From: Pseudomonadota bacterium
GTDB taxonomy: Bacteria; Desulfobacterota; UBA8473
Assembly (NCBI GenBank): GCA_043825855.1
Contig: JBDRRJ010000009.1
Location: forward strand, 17,866 to 81,865
Reading direction: 5' to 3'
Length of the DNA: 64,000 nt
Shown: piece by piece, positions 17,234 through 26,692 of the stretch
How the letters are laid out: each line of letters starts with the position of its first letter
Numbering within the stretch: position 1 is the first letter of the stretch
Program-made: the position numbers and the translations under genes
The notes under the pieces: generated by a model
Seen by the model: the letters and a program-made list of their open reading frames with translations, nothing else
Database searches by the model: none
Told to the model about the DNA's origin: nothing

Positions 17234-17287
17234 ATGAAAAAAAGTAATATAATTTACTTCTCAGTTTGAAGCGAAAAGGGAAATAAT

Positions 17288-20200
17288 ATGGCAGAAAAGA
17301 CTAAAAAAATTTGGCTATATGTGCTCGCTTTAGTTGCAATATTGATACTCGCTTTAGTTGTAACGTTAATCATTACAGGGGGGGCGCGACGAATACTTGT
17401 ATCCAGGGACAAAGTCGCGGTAGATCAAAGTACAGTATCGAATAATAAGCGTGCGGATATCTCTAGTGGAATTATCCATGCAAGCGAGCTTGCTTTTGCC
17501 CGTCAACCTCACAAAGGTTCCAGCGACCGTGAGGTGCGTGTCGGATTATACCAGAACAAACCAAAGATTTTCACAAGTGAGACAGGTCAGCCCTCGGGTT
17601 TATTCATTGAAATCCTCGAAGAGATTGCCCGAAGAGAGAGATGGAAATTGATTTATGTACCGGGTGAATGGTCTGAGTGTTTACGCGCTCTAGAAGAGGG
17701 TAGGATTGATTTGATGCCGGATGTCGCCTTTTCGCCGGAACGAGACGAGAAATATGATTTCCACGAAGAGGAGGTTATCGAAAGCTGGTCACAACTATAT
17801 ACCAACAAAGATAAACCTGTGAAGAATTTTTCCGACCTGAACGGACTGCGGCTTGCCCTGCTCAAAGGTTCAATTCAACAAAAGATTTTAGAAGAGATGA
17901 TAAAAGGGTTCGGCTATAAGGTTTCTATTGTTGAGGTTCATTCCTTCGAAGAAGCCTTTACCCATGCAGCCAATGGCGCTGTCGATGTGGTTGTTTCAAA
18001 CCACCTTTTTGGAGACTATTTTTATCAGGAATACGGGCTGGTAAAGACAACAATTATTTTCAACCCGGTGCCATTATATTTTGCAACAGCCTCTGGCGCC
18101 AACCATGATCTACTTGAGGCTATTGACCATAATTTACGGATAATGAAATCTGAACCCGGCTCTGTTTTCTATAAGATTTTGGCGCATTGGATGGAAAGAC
18201 CACCAAAGGTGGTTGTGCCGCGGTATCTCGTTCGAATCATGGGCGGCATCGGCGGGTGCCTCGCCTTGGCTTTCGTGTTCATTTTACTGCTTCGCAGTCA
18301 GGTGAAGATAAAAACAAGACATCTGTCCCAGACTAATGAAACGTTGCGCAAAAGCGAAGAAAAATATCGCACCCACTTTGAAAACGTATCTGATGTTATC
18401 TTCTCATTCGATAGGGAGTTCAGAATTCTCAACATATCACCCTCCCTGGAACGAATTTTGGGATACAAGCCTGAAGAATTCATCGGCAAGTCTTTTGCAG
18501 AGCTAAATATTCTATCACCCGAATACCTTGAGAAGGCCTTCTCCGATGGAATGCGAGTATTTGCCGGCGAGAATGTAGATTTATTAAACTATGAATTTAT
18601 TGCCAGGGATGGAACGAAAAAATATGTGGAAATTAGCGGTGGCCCTTTAATCCGCGACGGTCAGGTTGTAGCAGTGATTTCCGTCGCAAGGGACGTCACT
18701 GAGCGCAAACGGGCGGATGAACGTTTGGACGTGGAGGCCAAACGAGCCAAAATCCTTTTGGAATTATACCTCAAGGCCCCAAGCTTATCCGACAAAGAAC
18801 TCTACGATTATGTTCTGGACAAAGCAGTCGATCTCACGGGAAGCGCAATCGGATTTTTCCATCTGGTGGATGAAGATCAGAAGACGATTATTCTCACCAC
18901 ATGGAACTCTGAAGCCTTCAAGGGCTGTACCGCTGCTTATGACACTCACTATTCCGTTGAAGAGGCAGGAAACTGGGTAGATTGTGTGCGCCAGGGGAAA
19001 CCGATTATATACAACGATTTTTCTGTTTCCCCAAATCAGAAGGGGCTTCCGGAAGGGCATACACCCTTAAAACGGTTCATGAGCATTCCCGTAATCGAAG
19101 GCGGTAAGATACACTATATTTTTGGTGTGGGTAATAAATCAGGGGTTTATGAGGAACATGATGTTGTTCAGATTCAATTAGTTGCCAATGAACTATCCAA
19201 GATCATAAGGCAACGTAAGGCAGATAGAGCATTAAAAGAGAGTGAGAAGAGATATCGGGGTCTCTTCGATAATGTCTTAGACATGATTCATATCGTGGAC
19301 AAGAATGGAATAATAATTGATGCTAACCCCATAGAACTGAAAACTATGGGGTATACCAGAGATGAATATATCGGGAAGCGTCTGCCAGAGATAGTCCATC
19401 CTGATTTCCAGGAAACAACCAAAGAAAGGTTTGAAAGGATATTAAAAGGGCAAAATATTAAATTATATGAGACCGTTTTGGTAACGAAAGGTAGTGAAAA
19501 AATTTATGTGGAAGTAAACGCTGTTCCTCTGGCAGAGGGTAATGAAATAGTTGGAGCGAGGGAGGTTGTGAGAGACGTCACTGAGCGCAAACAGTTGTTA
19601 GATCAAGTCAAACAGAGATTAGAGCGCTTGGAAGCCCTGCGAGCCATAGACATGGCTATTACCGCTAGCCTCGACATCCGCGTTACCCTTAGCGTATTCT
19701 TGGAACAGGTCATTAATACTTTAGGTGTAGATGCGGCAGATGTCCTCCTTCTTAATACACAAATCCATAATAGGCTTGCATTTGTTGCCGGGCGTGGCTT
19801 TCAGACAACTGCCCTTCGACACACAAATTTACCTATAGGCGCCGGTTATGCGGGCAGGGTTGCCCAGGAAAGGAAAACCTTCTGCATTTCTGACCTGCAA
19901 AAGGAATCGCAGGATTTTTTAAAGCAATCCCCTCAACTCAGTAATGAAGATTTTGTCTCCTACTACGCCACACCACTTATTGCGAAAGGGCAAGTTAGGG
20001 GCGTCCTGGAAGTATTCAACCGCACGCCTCTTAAACCTGAACAGGAATGGCTGGATTTTTTGGAAGCTCTGGCTACACAAGCAGCTATTGCTGTAGATAA
20101 CGCCGAGCTTTTCGATGACCTACAGAAGAGCAACATTGATCTGCTTCATGCCTATGACGACACGTTGGAAGGATGGTCTAAGGCTCTGGATCTGCGCGAT

Positions 20201-20713
20201 AAGGAAACGGAGGGACATAGTCAACGTGTCACAGAGATGACTTTGCGATTGGCTGACCAAATGGGCATAAGAAACCGCGAACTGGTGAATGTGCGAAGAG
20301 GCGCACTGCTTCACGACATCGGCAAGATGGGTATTCCTGACCCCATCCTTCTCAAACCGGGTGCCCTGAATAAAGAAGAATGGGAAATCATGCACAAACA
20401 TCCGGTCTATGCTTACGAACTCCTCACCCCAATTTCTTATCTGAGACCGGCACTGGACATTCCCTACTGTCACCATGAAAAATGGGACGGCACGGGCTAC
20501 CCGCGCGGACTAAAGGGGAAACATATTCCACTGGCAGCGAGGATCTTTGCAGTTGTCGACGTCTGGGATGCGCTGTGCTCAGAGCGCCCTTACCGTCCTG
20601 CATGGCCGGAAGAGAAAGTCCATGAACACATCAAGGAGCAGACCGGTAAACACTTTGATCCGAAGGTGGTGGAGGCGTTCCTGGAACTCTCGAATGAATT
20701 CAAACCTGAGTAA
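17288..20713 (+). CDS. Membrane sensor protein: periplasmic solute-binding (SBP_bac_3-like) domain, TM, then PAS-GAF-PAS-GAF, ending in an HD-GYP phosphodiesterase domain
   Basis: 1141 aa. TM segments flank an SBP-like region. PAS motifs include NVSDVIFSFDREFRILNISP. The HD-GYP signatures are HDIGKMGIPD and HHEKWDGTGYPRGLKG. Confidence 0.9.
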   Translation: MAEKTKKIWLYVLALVAILILALVVTLIITGGARRILVSRDKVAVDQSTVSNNKRADISSGIIHASELAFARQPHKGSSDREVRVGLYQNKPKIFTSETGQPSGLFIEILEEIARRERWKLIYVPGEWSECLRALEEGRIDLMPDVAFSPERDEKYDFHEEEVIESWSQLYTNKDKPVKNFSDLNGLRLALLKGSIQQKILEEMIKGFGYKVSIVEVHSFEEAFTHAANGAVDVVVSNHLFGDYFYQEYGLVKTTIIFNPVPLYFATASGANHDLLEAIDHNLRIMKSEPGSVFYKILAHWMERPPKVVVPRYLVRIMGGIGGCLALAFVFILLLRSQVKIKTRHLSQTNETLRKSEEKYRTHFENVSDVIFSFDREFRILNISPSLERILGYKPEEFIGKSFAELNILSPEYLEKAFSDGMRVFAGENVDLLNYEFIARDGTKKYVEISGGPLIRDGQVVAVISVARDVTERKRADERLDVEAKRAKILLELYLKAPSLSDKELYDYVLDKAVDLTGSAIGFFHLVDEDQKTIILTTWNSEAFKGCTAAYDTHYSVEEAGNWVDCVRQGKPIIYNDFSVSPNQKGLPEGHTPLKRFMSIPVIEGGKIHYIFGVGNKSGVYEEHDVVQIQLVANELSKIIRQRKADRALKESEKRYRGLFDNVLDMIHIVDKNGIIIDANPIELKTMGYTRDEYIGKRLPEIVHPDFQETTKERFERILKGQNIKLYETVLVTKGSEKIYVEVNAVPLAEGNEIVGAREVVRDVTERKQLLDQVKQRLERLEALRAIDMAITASLDIRVTLSVFLEQVINTLGVDAADVLLLNTQIHNRLAFVAGRGFQTTALRHTNLPIGAGYAGRVAQERKTFCISDLQKESQDFLKQSPQLSNEDFVSYYATPLIAKGQVRGVLEVFNRTPLKPEQEWLDFLEALATQAAIAVDNAELFDDLQKSNIDLLHAYDDTLEGWSKALDLRDKETEGHSQRVTEMTLRLADQMGIRNRELVNVRRGALLHDIGKMGIPDPILLKPGALNKEEWEIMHKHPVYAYELLTPISYLRPALDIPYCHHEKWDGTGYPRGLKGKHIPLAARIFAVVDVWDALCSERPYRPAWPEEKVHEHIKEQTGKHFDPKVVEAFLELSNEFKPE

Positions 20714-21245
20714 TCTGTCATTGTGAGAATATCACATATTGAGTGGTGGATTTATGGAACACTTCTTTACATTATTGCCCTTCCTCATGCGTGGGTCATC
20801 GGAACAAATATGAAAAAATATCCTTATTGTGTAGAATTTGTTAAAGCAAATGCTGTAGGATATAGGCACTGTGGCCGAGATTTTAAGTAGGAATAGTCTC
20901 AAAATGTCTCAAATCATAATTTAACGCTGCGGGGAAAAGTCGCAGAATAAGTTTCATTTTAGGGGGGATCCAATGAAACAGCGTTGCGACAAAAAATCGC
21001 TCAAAAAATCCATTAAACCCTTATCAATCCCGATGATTCCCGCTTTTTCCCAGCGATTCCCTTAGTCGCATAATATATTTCATCCCATACTGTTTTAATT
21101 CGCTTTCATTTACTATATAAATGACAATCAAACACTGTCCTTTTCTTGTGTCCAGAAATAGCCATTGCAACTCTTTTTGGAATGCCAGCCCTTACCATGT
21201 CTCTAACCGCTGTCCTTCTAAAGTCATTAAATAACCTTTTGCCAA

Positions 21246-22481
21246 TTAAAGCCTTTCTCCAACTACATGCCATACTTCCATTTCTCCCTTACCTTTTACG
21301 TTCACAATACCACGAGGCTCACAGAGAAAGTCATTCTTGATTAATTCATAGGTTGCCTCAGTAATCTGAATTTGTCCATCTATGCCTTGTGATTCCATCC
21401 TACTGGCTGTATTTACTGCATCCCCCCAAAGATCGTATATAAATTTCTTCCGTCCGATAACACCAGCCACCACTGGACCAGAGTTAATACCGATACGGAA
21501 ATTTAGTTTCCTACCCTGAAATTCATGACTGTTGGTATAGGCTTGTACTTTGAGTGCCAGGTGAGTCAAAACGTGGGCATGATCGGCGCGCGGGCGGGGC
21601 ACGCCAGCAGCGACCATGTAACAATCTCCAATGGTTTTTATTTTTTCGAGGTTGTATTCCTCAACGAGTGAATCGAAGTAACTGAAGACATCATTCAATA
21701 GATTGACTAGTTCCTCGGGCATCATTTGGGTCGAAATAGGAGTAAAGTTTACTACATCGGCAAAGAGAATGCTCGCACTATGGTAATGATCAGCAATTGT
21801 ACGATTCTCATTTTTTAAAATATCAGCGATATCCTTTGGCAGGATATTCAATAACAAGTTCTCAGACTTCTCCTGCTCGCTTTCAAGCAACATAAGTGTG
21901 GCGTTTTTCTGTCTAACAAAGTACTGCAGGAGTATAAAAGCTACTGCTGAGGTGCAACCTATATTCATTACGAAGAAGATAATTATTGCAACTGGTGGCA
22001 GATTATTGGTTGGGCGCATAAAAGGTTCAAGAAAGGAACCGATGGCAACCAAGGCGAGATATGCCAAAAACCAGCCAACTGCTTCACGACGTCCTGCAAA
22101 GAGTAAAGCACCTAGAGGAGAAGTCAATGACCACAAGACAACAGCACTTGAATTTATGAATCCACCTAGCGCAATCATAAGCAGAAAAGGTAATAACAGA
22201 GAAAACAGGAGTTGGCTGGTACGGAAAAACTTGTAGCGACGCGTCCGAGCAAAGAAAACGACACTAAGATATGATAGAATTGCATAAGATAGAGGAATTG
22301 AACCAGCGAGCCTTTCCTCGAAAACTAGATAGGTATAACCCCACACAATTCCAGCAGAAGCCATCATCAGGGATGAAAAAACTAGTAATGTCTTCTGTAA
22401 ACGCAGGTCTTCGCTGTCATTCGGAACAGCACCGATGCGGGCGATGAATGAGATAAATTTCCGAAGGAAATATTTGTCCAT
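21246..22481 (-). CDS. Class III adenylate/guanylate cyclase with an N-terminal multi-TM sensor domain
   Basis: [11 protein letters not shown]…[16 protein letters not shown]…[11 protein letters not shown]…[16 protein letters not shown], preceded by about six TM helices. Confidence 0.85.
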   Translation of the reverse strand: MDKYFLRKFISFIARIGAVPNDSEDLRLQKTLLVFSSLMMASAGIVWGYTYLVFEERLAGSIPLSYAILSYLSVVFFARTRRYKFFRTSQLLFSLLLPFLLMIALGGFINSSAVVLWSLTSPLGALLFAGRREAVGWFLAYLALVAIGSFLEPFMRPTNNLPPVAIIIFFVMNIGCTSAVAFILLQYFVRQKNATLMLLESEQEKSENLLLNILPKDIADILKNENRTIADHYHSASILFADVVNFTPISTQMMPEELVNLLNDVFSYFDSLVEEYNLEKIKTIGDCYMVAAGVPRPRADHAHVLTHLALKVQAYTNSHEFQGRKLNFRIGINSGPVVAGVIGRKKFIYDLWGDAVNTASRMESQGIDGQIQITEATYELIKNDFLCEPRGIVNVKGKGEMEVWHVVGERL

Positions 22482-22675
22482 ATGCCTGACCTCGCAAATC
22501 TACTTGCTACTCACTTTGTAACCTCTTATTGATTCGGGAATTGTGCCTAATTCTGCAACCGCAAGTGAGCTTCCTTTATTTTAACACCGGCACCTTCCTC
22601 CAATCCGTAACCGGGGAAAGCTTCATTTATTTTGAATTAGCGTGGTATATCCTATTGTACTTCACACCTTCATGT

Positions 22676-23467
22676 TTAACCAGGAAAACATAACCCCCCA
22701 TTTACACTAAGAGTCTGGCCAGTAATCTGATCAGAAGCCTCTGATGCTAGGAATAGAGCGGCTTCTGCAACATCATTTGCACTTATGGGGAATGGCTGTT
22801 TTTCCATTGCCATTTGAAATATCTTTGCTCCGGGTCCACGGGAAAGTGCAGGTGCAATGCTTGGTGTGTCTTTTGTTACTGTGGTTGAAATGGTATTAAT
22901 CCTTATCCCCCACCTTGCAAATTCGCTAGCCAGAACTTTAGTAGTCAAAACCAGAGCTGCTGCTGCTCCGCCATGTAGAGATTCCCCTGGAGTAGGCCAA
23001 CGGCCTGCATCAGTTCCTAAAAGTACGATCTTTCCTTTTTTCATTTCAATCATATGTTTGAGAACAGCTTTGACACAGTACAACCGGCTGAAATATTGAC
23101 TGTTGATAAAATGTATATAGTTAACAGGCTCGGTCTCTCTAAAGAACATAGGTACCGTGACGACTTTTCCATCGCTGATAAGCCCTCCACTGGCAACCAA
23201 TATGTCTATCTTGGGCATCTTCTCCAATACACTATCTACCATATCTTTAACCTCATTATAGATAATTATATTGGCTTTTTCGAAGATTGCATGCCTTCCC
23301 ATATCCTTTATCTTATTTACTACCTCCATACCAGTGTCAGCGGAGTTACCATTAATGACAATATCGGCTCCATTCTCTGCGAATTTAAGAGCGATAGTCC
23401 TTCCTATACCCTTGGTGGAGCCTGTAATCAAAGCGACTTTGCCCTTTAAATTCGAAATTCTTTCCAT
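22676..23467 (-). CDS. SDR-family oxidoreductase
   Basis: GKVALITGSTKGIGRTIA Rossmann motif; 263 aa. Confidence 0.85.
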   Translation of the reverse strand: MERISNLKGKVALITGSTKGIGRTIALKFAENGADIVINGNSADTGMEVVNKIKDMGRHAIFEKANIIIYNEVKDMVDSVLEKMPKIDILVASGGLISDGKVVTVPMFFRETEPVNYIHFINSQYFSRLYCVKAVLKHMIEMKKGKIVLLGTDAGRWPTPGESLHGGAAAALVLTTKVLASEFARWGIRINTISTTVTKDTPSIAPALSRGPGAKIFQMAMEKQPFPISANDVAEAALFLASEASDQITGQTLSVNGGLCFPG

Positions 23468-23818
23468 GTTCTAACTTCCTTTCAATTAAAATCATTCTCT
23501 ATTTGATCCATTGATTTTATTATTTCGTATAGTTTATCTTCCATAAGATTATCAGATTTGGCTTCCAGATTGATGCGTAATAACAGTTTGGTGTTAGGAG
23601 GCATTAAGTTTTCTTAATAACCTGCAATATCCTTTGTTTATTTCTTGCCTCTCTGTTTATCTCCCCAGAGAAAGAGTACTTGTGAATAAGTTTGGTGACG
23701 TGCAGCCTTTTCTACGGCAATCACATCCCGCCCAAGAGTAGCTACGTCTTTTATAGTAACATTTGAATATCGGATAGACCATTGACATAATGAGGGAATA
23801 GATAACTACCCCTCATAT

Positions 23819-25669
23819 TTAATCCCATAAGTCTTGAATAACACCGTCCAAGCCTAGCTTACGAAGAGTCTCCTGTAGTGGTTTGCTCGTTTTTTCGTCC
23901 CAGCCCATTGAACGATAATACGTCTGCCGCGCCTGTTTATAGGCTGGGCCTAACGCAACCCCTTCAGCCAGACCATCCACAGGAGGTGATGAAAGACGCG
24001 GTGACACCTTATCGTCTTTATCCGGTTCCAATCCGTGGCGGAGATTGAAAGCTCTTTGGAGATTGGCGAGCCGGTAGCTGGCCTTAAAAAGCTCCTCAAT
24101 TGTAACATCCCAGCCTGTTGCCAGCTTAATCGCCTCTACGACAACTCCGTATTTTCCGGAAATCCAGAACCAGCACATACCCAGCATATCCTTTAATTCA
24201 TCTTTACTAATATACTTTGCCCCGGCTGTTGAAATTGCATCCCCATCCCATGACGGTATTAGACCCACGCCGACCTCTTCGTCCGGTAATGGACCGCCCA
24301 TAGTAGAGCCTGTATCGCCCCACATCTGCCCGAGAATTAGGGGCCAATGACCACGGGAGTCGTGAACGTGAGGAGCAACTCCTTTAACCCAAACGGCCAT
24401 GTTAGGCGCATCACCTCCAATTCTTTCAGCAGCTCGCTTCACTCCGTCTGCCAAAACCTCACCAAAACCACGTCGGTGAGCGATATCTTCGAGCAATTGT
24501 GCAATAGCTTCAGCATTGCCCCACTTCAGCTCCAGCCCTCCAGTCTCCTTTGGTCCGATAACCCCTTTCTCGTAACACTCAATAGCCATAGAAACGGCAA
24601 AACCGCATTCCTTAGCATCCATACCCAATGAATCATTTAAGGTACTCAATTTTATCCCTGTAGCTACGTCCTCGATACCCTGCAAACATGTCCAGGCGCT
24701 TAGAGACTCAAACTCAGGTTCATGTCCCACATAGCCCGCCAGAGGACCCTCGAGAACCTCGATATCGGCACAGTGACCCCATGTACAACGCCAGCATGAA
24801 TAGGGCTTGCGCTTGAATTTGGCACGAATGTTCTTGGGGTAACAATTTTCGATCGCAGGCCAGATAGTTGTGGTTAAATTCTTAATTCCAATGCAGCTTC
24901 TCCTATACGTACCAGGAAAATAACCATGGGTGCCCTGCATGCTGACCATGGTTCCCAGCAAGGATTTCTCAGCAGTCTCTGTGAAATCTCCCCGTGCTAG
25001 GGCTCCGAGCTTTTGTTTATCCGCTCCTTCCATGCTCGTTTTCTTGCCGAATACAGAAATAGCTTTTAGCTTTTTGGAACCCATAACGGCACCGGGCCCA
25101 TTGCTGGACGCAACGTGACCACGATCGCAAAAAATACCGGAGAATCGGACAAGATTCTCGCCTGATGGACCGATGCAGGCTACACTGGCTTTCTTTTGGC
25201 CCAGTTCTTTCTTAAGTCGTTTCTCTGTCTCAAACGTACCAAGACCCAACAAATGATCAGCAGACCGCAACTCTGCCTCGCCATCATGTATCCAGAGATA
25301 CTTCCATTCAAGTGATTTGCCTTGGATAATGATTATCTCGTAGCCGGCAAGCCGCATACGAGCTCCAAAGAACCCGTTGGCCTGAGAGCATGCCAGCATA
25401 TTGTTTACTGCGCCTTTGGTTACACTCGACACGGTACCGGAACCTGGAATGCTGGTGCCGCTAAGGGGCCCGGCAGACAATACCAAACGGTTCTCTGCAT
25501 CAAAAGGACCGACACCGGGCGGCACCTCGTCGTAAAGTATCTTGGTCCCAACCCCGCTGCCCCCAATGTATTGGCGGAGCAATTCCGGGGCAAACTGCTC
25601 CTTGCTTATCTTGCATGTGCTCAAATCGACACGCAAGATTCTTCCAGCGTAAGGAATTTCCTTCGTCAT
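23819..25669 (-). CDS. Aldehyde:ferredoxin oxidoreductase (AOR family, tungsten/molybdopterin enzyme)
   Basis: 616 aa. The N-terminus, MTKEIPYAGRILRVDLSTCKISKEQFAPELLRQYIGGSGVGTKILYDEV, is characteristic of AOR. Confidence 0.85.
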   Translation of the reverse strand: MTKEIPYAGRILRVDLSTCKISKEQFAPELLRQYIGGSGVGTKILYDEVPPGVGPFDAENRLVLSAGPLSGTSIPGSGTVSSVTKGAVNNMLACSQANGFFGARMRLAGYEIIIIQGKSLEWKYLWIHDGEAELRSADHLLGLGTFETEKRLKKELGQKKASVACIGPSGENLVRFSGIFCDRGHVASSNGPGAVMGSKKLKAISVFGKKTSMEGADKQKLGALARGDFTETAEKSLLGTMVSMQGTHGYFPGTYRRSCIGIKNLTTTIWPAIENCYPKNIRAKFKRKPYSCWRCTWGHCADIEVLEGPLAGYVGHEPEFESLSAWTCLQGIEDVATGIKLSTLNDSLGMDAKECGFAVSMAIECYEKGVIGPKETGGLELKWGNAEAIAQLLEDIAHRRGFGEVLADGVKRAAERIGGDAPNMAVWVKGVAPHVHDSRGHWPLILGQMWGDTGSTMGGPLPDEEVGVGLIPSWDGDAISTAGAKYISKDELKDMLGMCWFWISGKYGVVVEAIKLATGWDVTIEELFKASYRLANLQRAFNLRHGLEPDKDDKVSPRLSSPPVDGLAEGVALGPAYKQARQTYYRSMGWDEKTSKPLQETLRKLGLDGVIQDLWD

Positions 25670-25891
25670 TACAAACCTCCTCTCAGGTTATAATGGTCTG
25701 GTAGTTCTGGGATATAAAAAACTCCATGGGATACTCAAATCTACCTTTTATTTAAACCTTAAAGAATGTGAATTTCGTTTCAAATATAGAAATCAAAGTA
25801 TCTATGTTATACAACTAAATGTTTTCAAAAAAGATCATCTGTTTTAGTCAAGATCCTTATAGTATTTGATTATGGCATTACATTAGGTGTT

Positions 25892-26692
25892 TTATCCCAC
25901 CATGCTCCATCCCCCGCTTACACTCAGAATCTGACCAGTTATATGACCTGCAACTTCGTTTGAGGCGAGAAAAAGCACAGCGTTTGCTATATCCGTGGCC
26001 TTTCCAATCTTGCGAAGGGGGTATGCCATTGAAAGCTTTTGAATTTTTTCAGGGGTAAACATCGCATCGGAATTTTTCCACCCACTCATATCCCCAATCT
26101 CATCTTGTGATGGTATCGTTGCTCCAGGGCATACCACATTGGTTCTTATCCCAAAACGACCATTTTCCCTGGCTACTGATTTCATAAAGCCGTTAACGGC
26201 AGCCTTGACTCCTCCGTAGACAGCCGCTTTATACTCACCTTGACGACTAGCATCGGAACTGATGCTGACAATTGCCCCACCTTTCTTTGCTGCTATCATA
26301 TAATCAAGGGCAGTTTTGGTACAGTTTAGTACGCTTATATAATTGATTTTTACTTCTTTTTCCCAAACATCTGGCGTAGTTTCGGTAAAAAGCACCACAT
26401 TACCCCAGCCTACATTGTTTACTAGAACATCTATCTGTCCAAGCTCATCATTGGCCTTTTTAAACATAGCCTGCACATCATCCAGATTTGTTACGTCACA
26501 TTTAGTCGTAGTAGTTTTCCCTCCGCCTTTAAAGGCATTTGCTTCTTGGACAACCTTTTCAGCCTGTGCTGTATCTATGTCCCCGATCATTAAATTTGCG
26601 CCCTCTTTAGCAAAAGCCAAGGATATGCCTCTGCCAATATTAGAACCTCCTCCGGTAACTATCACGGTTTTCCCTTTGTAACCTAAATCCAT
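25892..26692 (-). CDS. SDR-family oxidoreductase
   Basis: GKTVIVTGGGSNIGRGISLAFAKEGA; 266 aa. Confidence 0.85.
   Translation of the reverse strand: MDLGYKGKTVIVTGGGSNIGRGISLAFAKEGANLMIGDIDTAQAEKVVQEANAFKGGGKTTTTKCDVTNLDDVQAMFKKANDELGQIDVLVNNVGWGNVVLFTETTPDVWEKEVKINYISVLNCTKTALDYMIAAKKGGAIVSISSDASRQGEYKAAVYGGVKAAVNGFMKSVARENGRFGIRTNVVCPGATIPSQDEIGDMSGWKNSDAMFTPEKIQKLSMAYPLRKIGKATDIANAVLFLASNEVAGHITGQILSVSGGWSMVG

Larger units (their letters stand above)
1..17240 (-). mobile_element. Mu-like transposable prophage, inverted relative to the Mu map (late genes at low coordinates, early genes and c repressor at high coordinates). The right (phage-left) end lies somewhere between 14345 and 17287.
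   Basis: Collinear Mu gene order on the minus strand: G, F, portal, TerL, gp27-like, lysis, Gam-like, GemA-like, B ATPase, DDE transposase A and Ner, with a divergent c repressor carrying an S24 peptidase domain on the plus strand. The sensor gene at 17288 is host-like. Confidence 0.75.

Noticed and set aside
16790-17247. ORFs 16790..16984, 16875..17237 and 16999..17247 in the GC-rich segment before the sensor gene
   Set aside because: No domains and no RBS. Only the last 13 codons of one of them resemble the repressor, as part of the DNA-level direct repeat. They are better explained as a non-coding remnant at a recombination junction.
20714-21245. Small ORF 21146..21340 and short hairpins (for example ctgcg-N9-cgcag at about 20925) in the sensor/cyclase intergenic region as a possible sRNA
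   Set aside because: There is no terminator-like U-tract or conserved structure that I can verify by eye. It is left as unannotated intergenic DNA.
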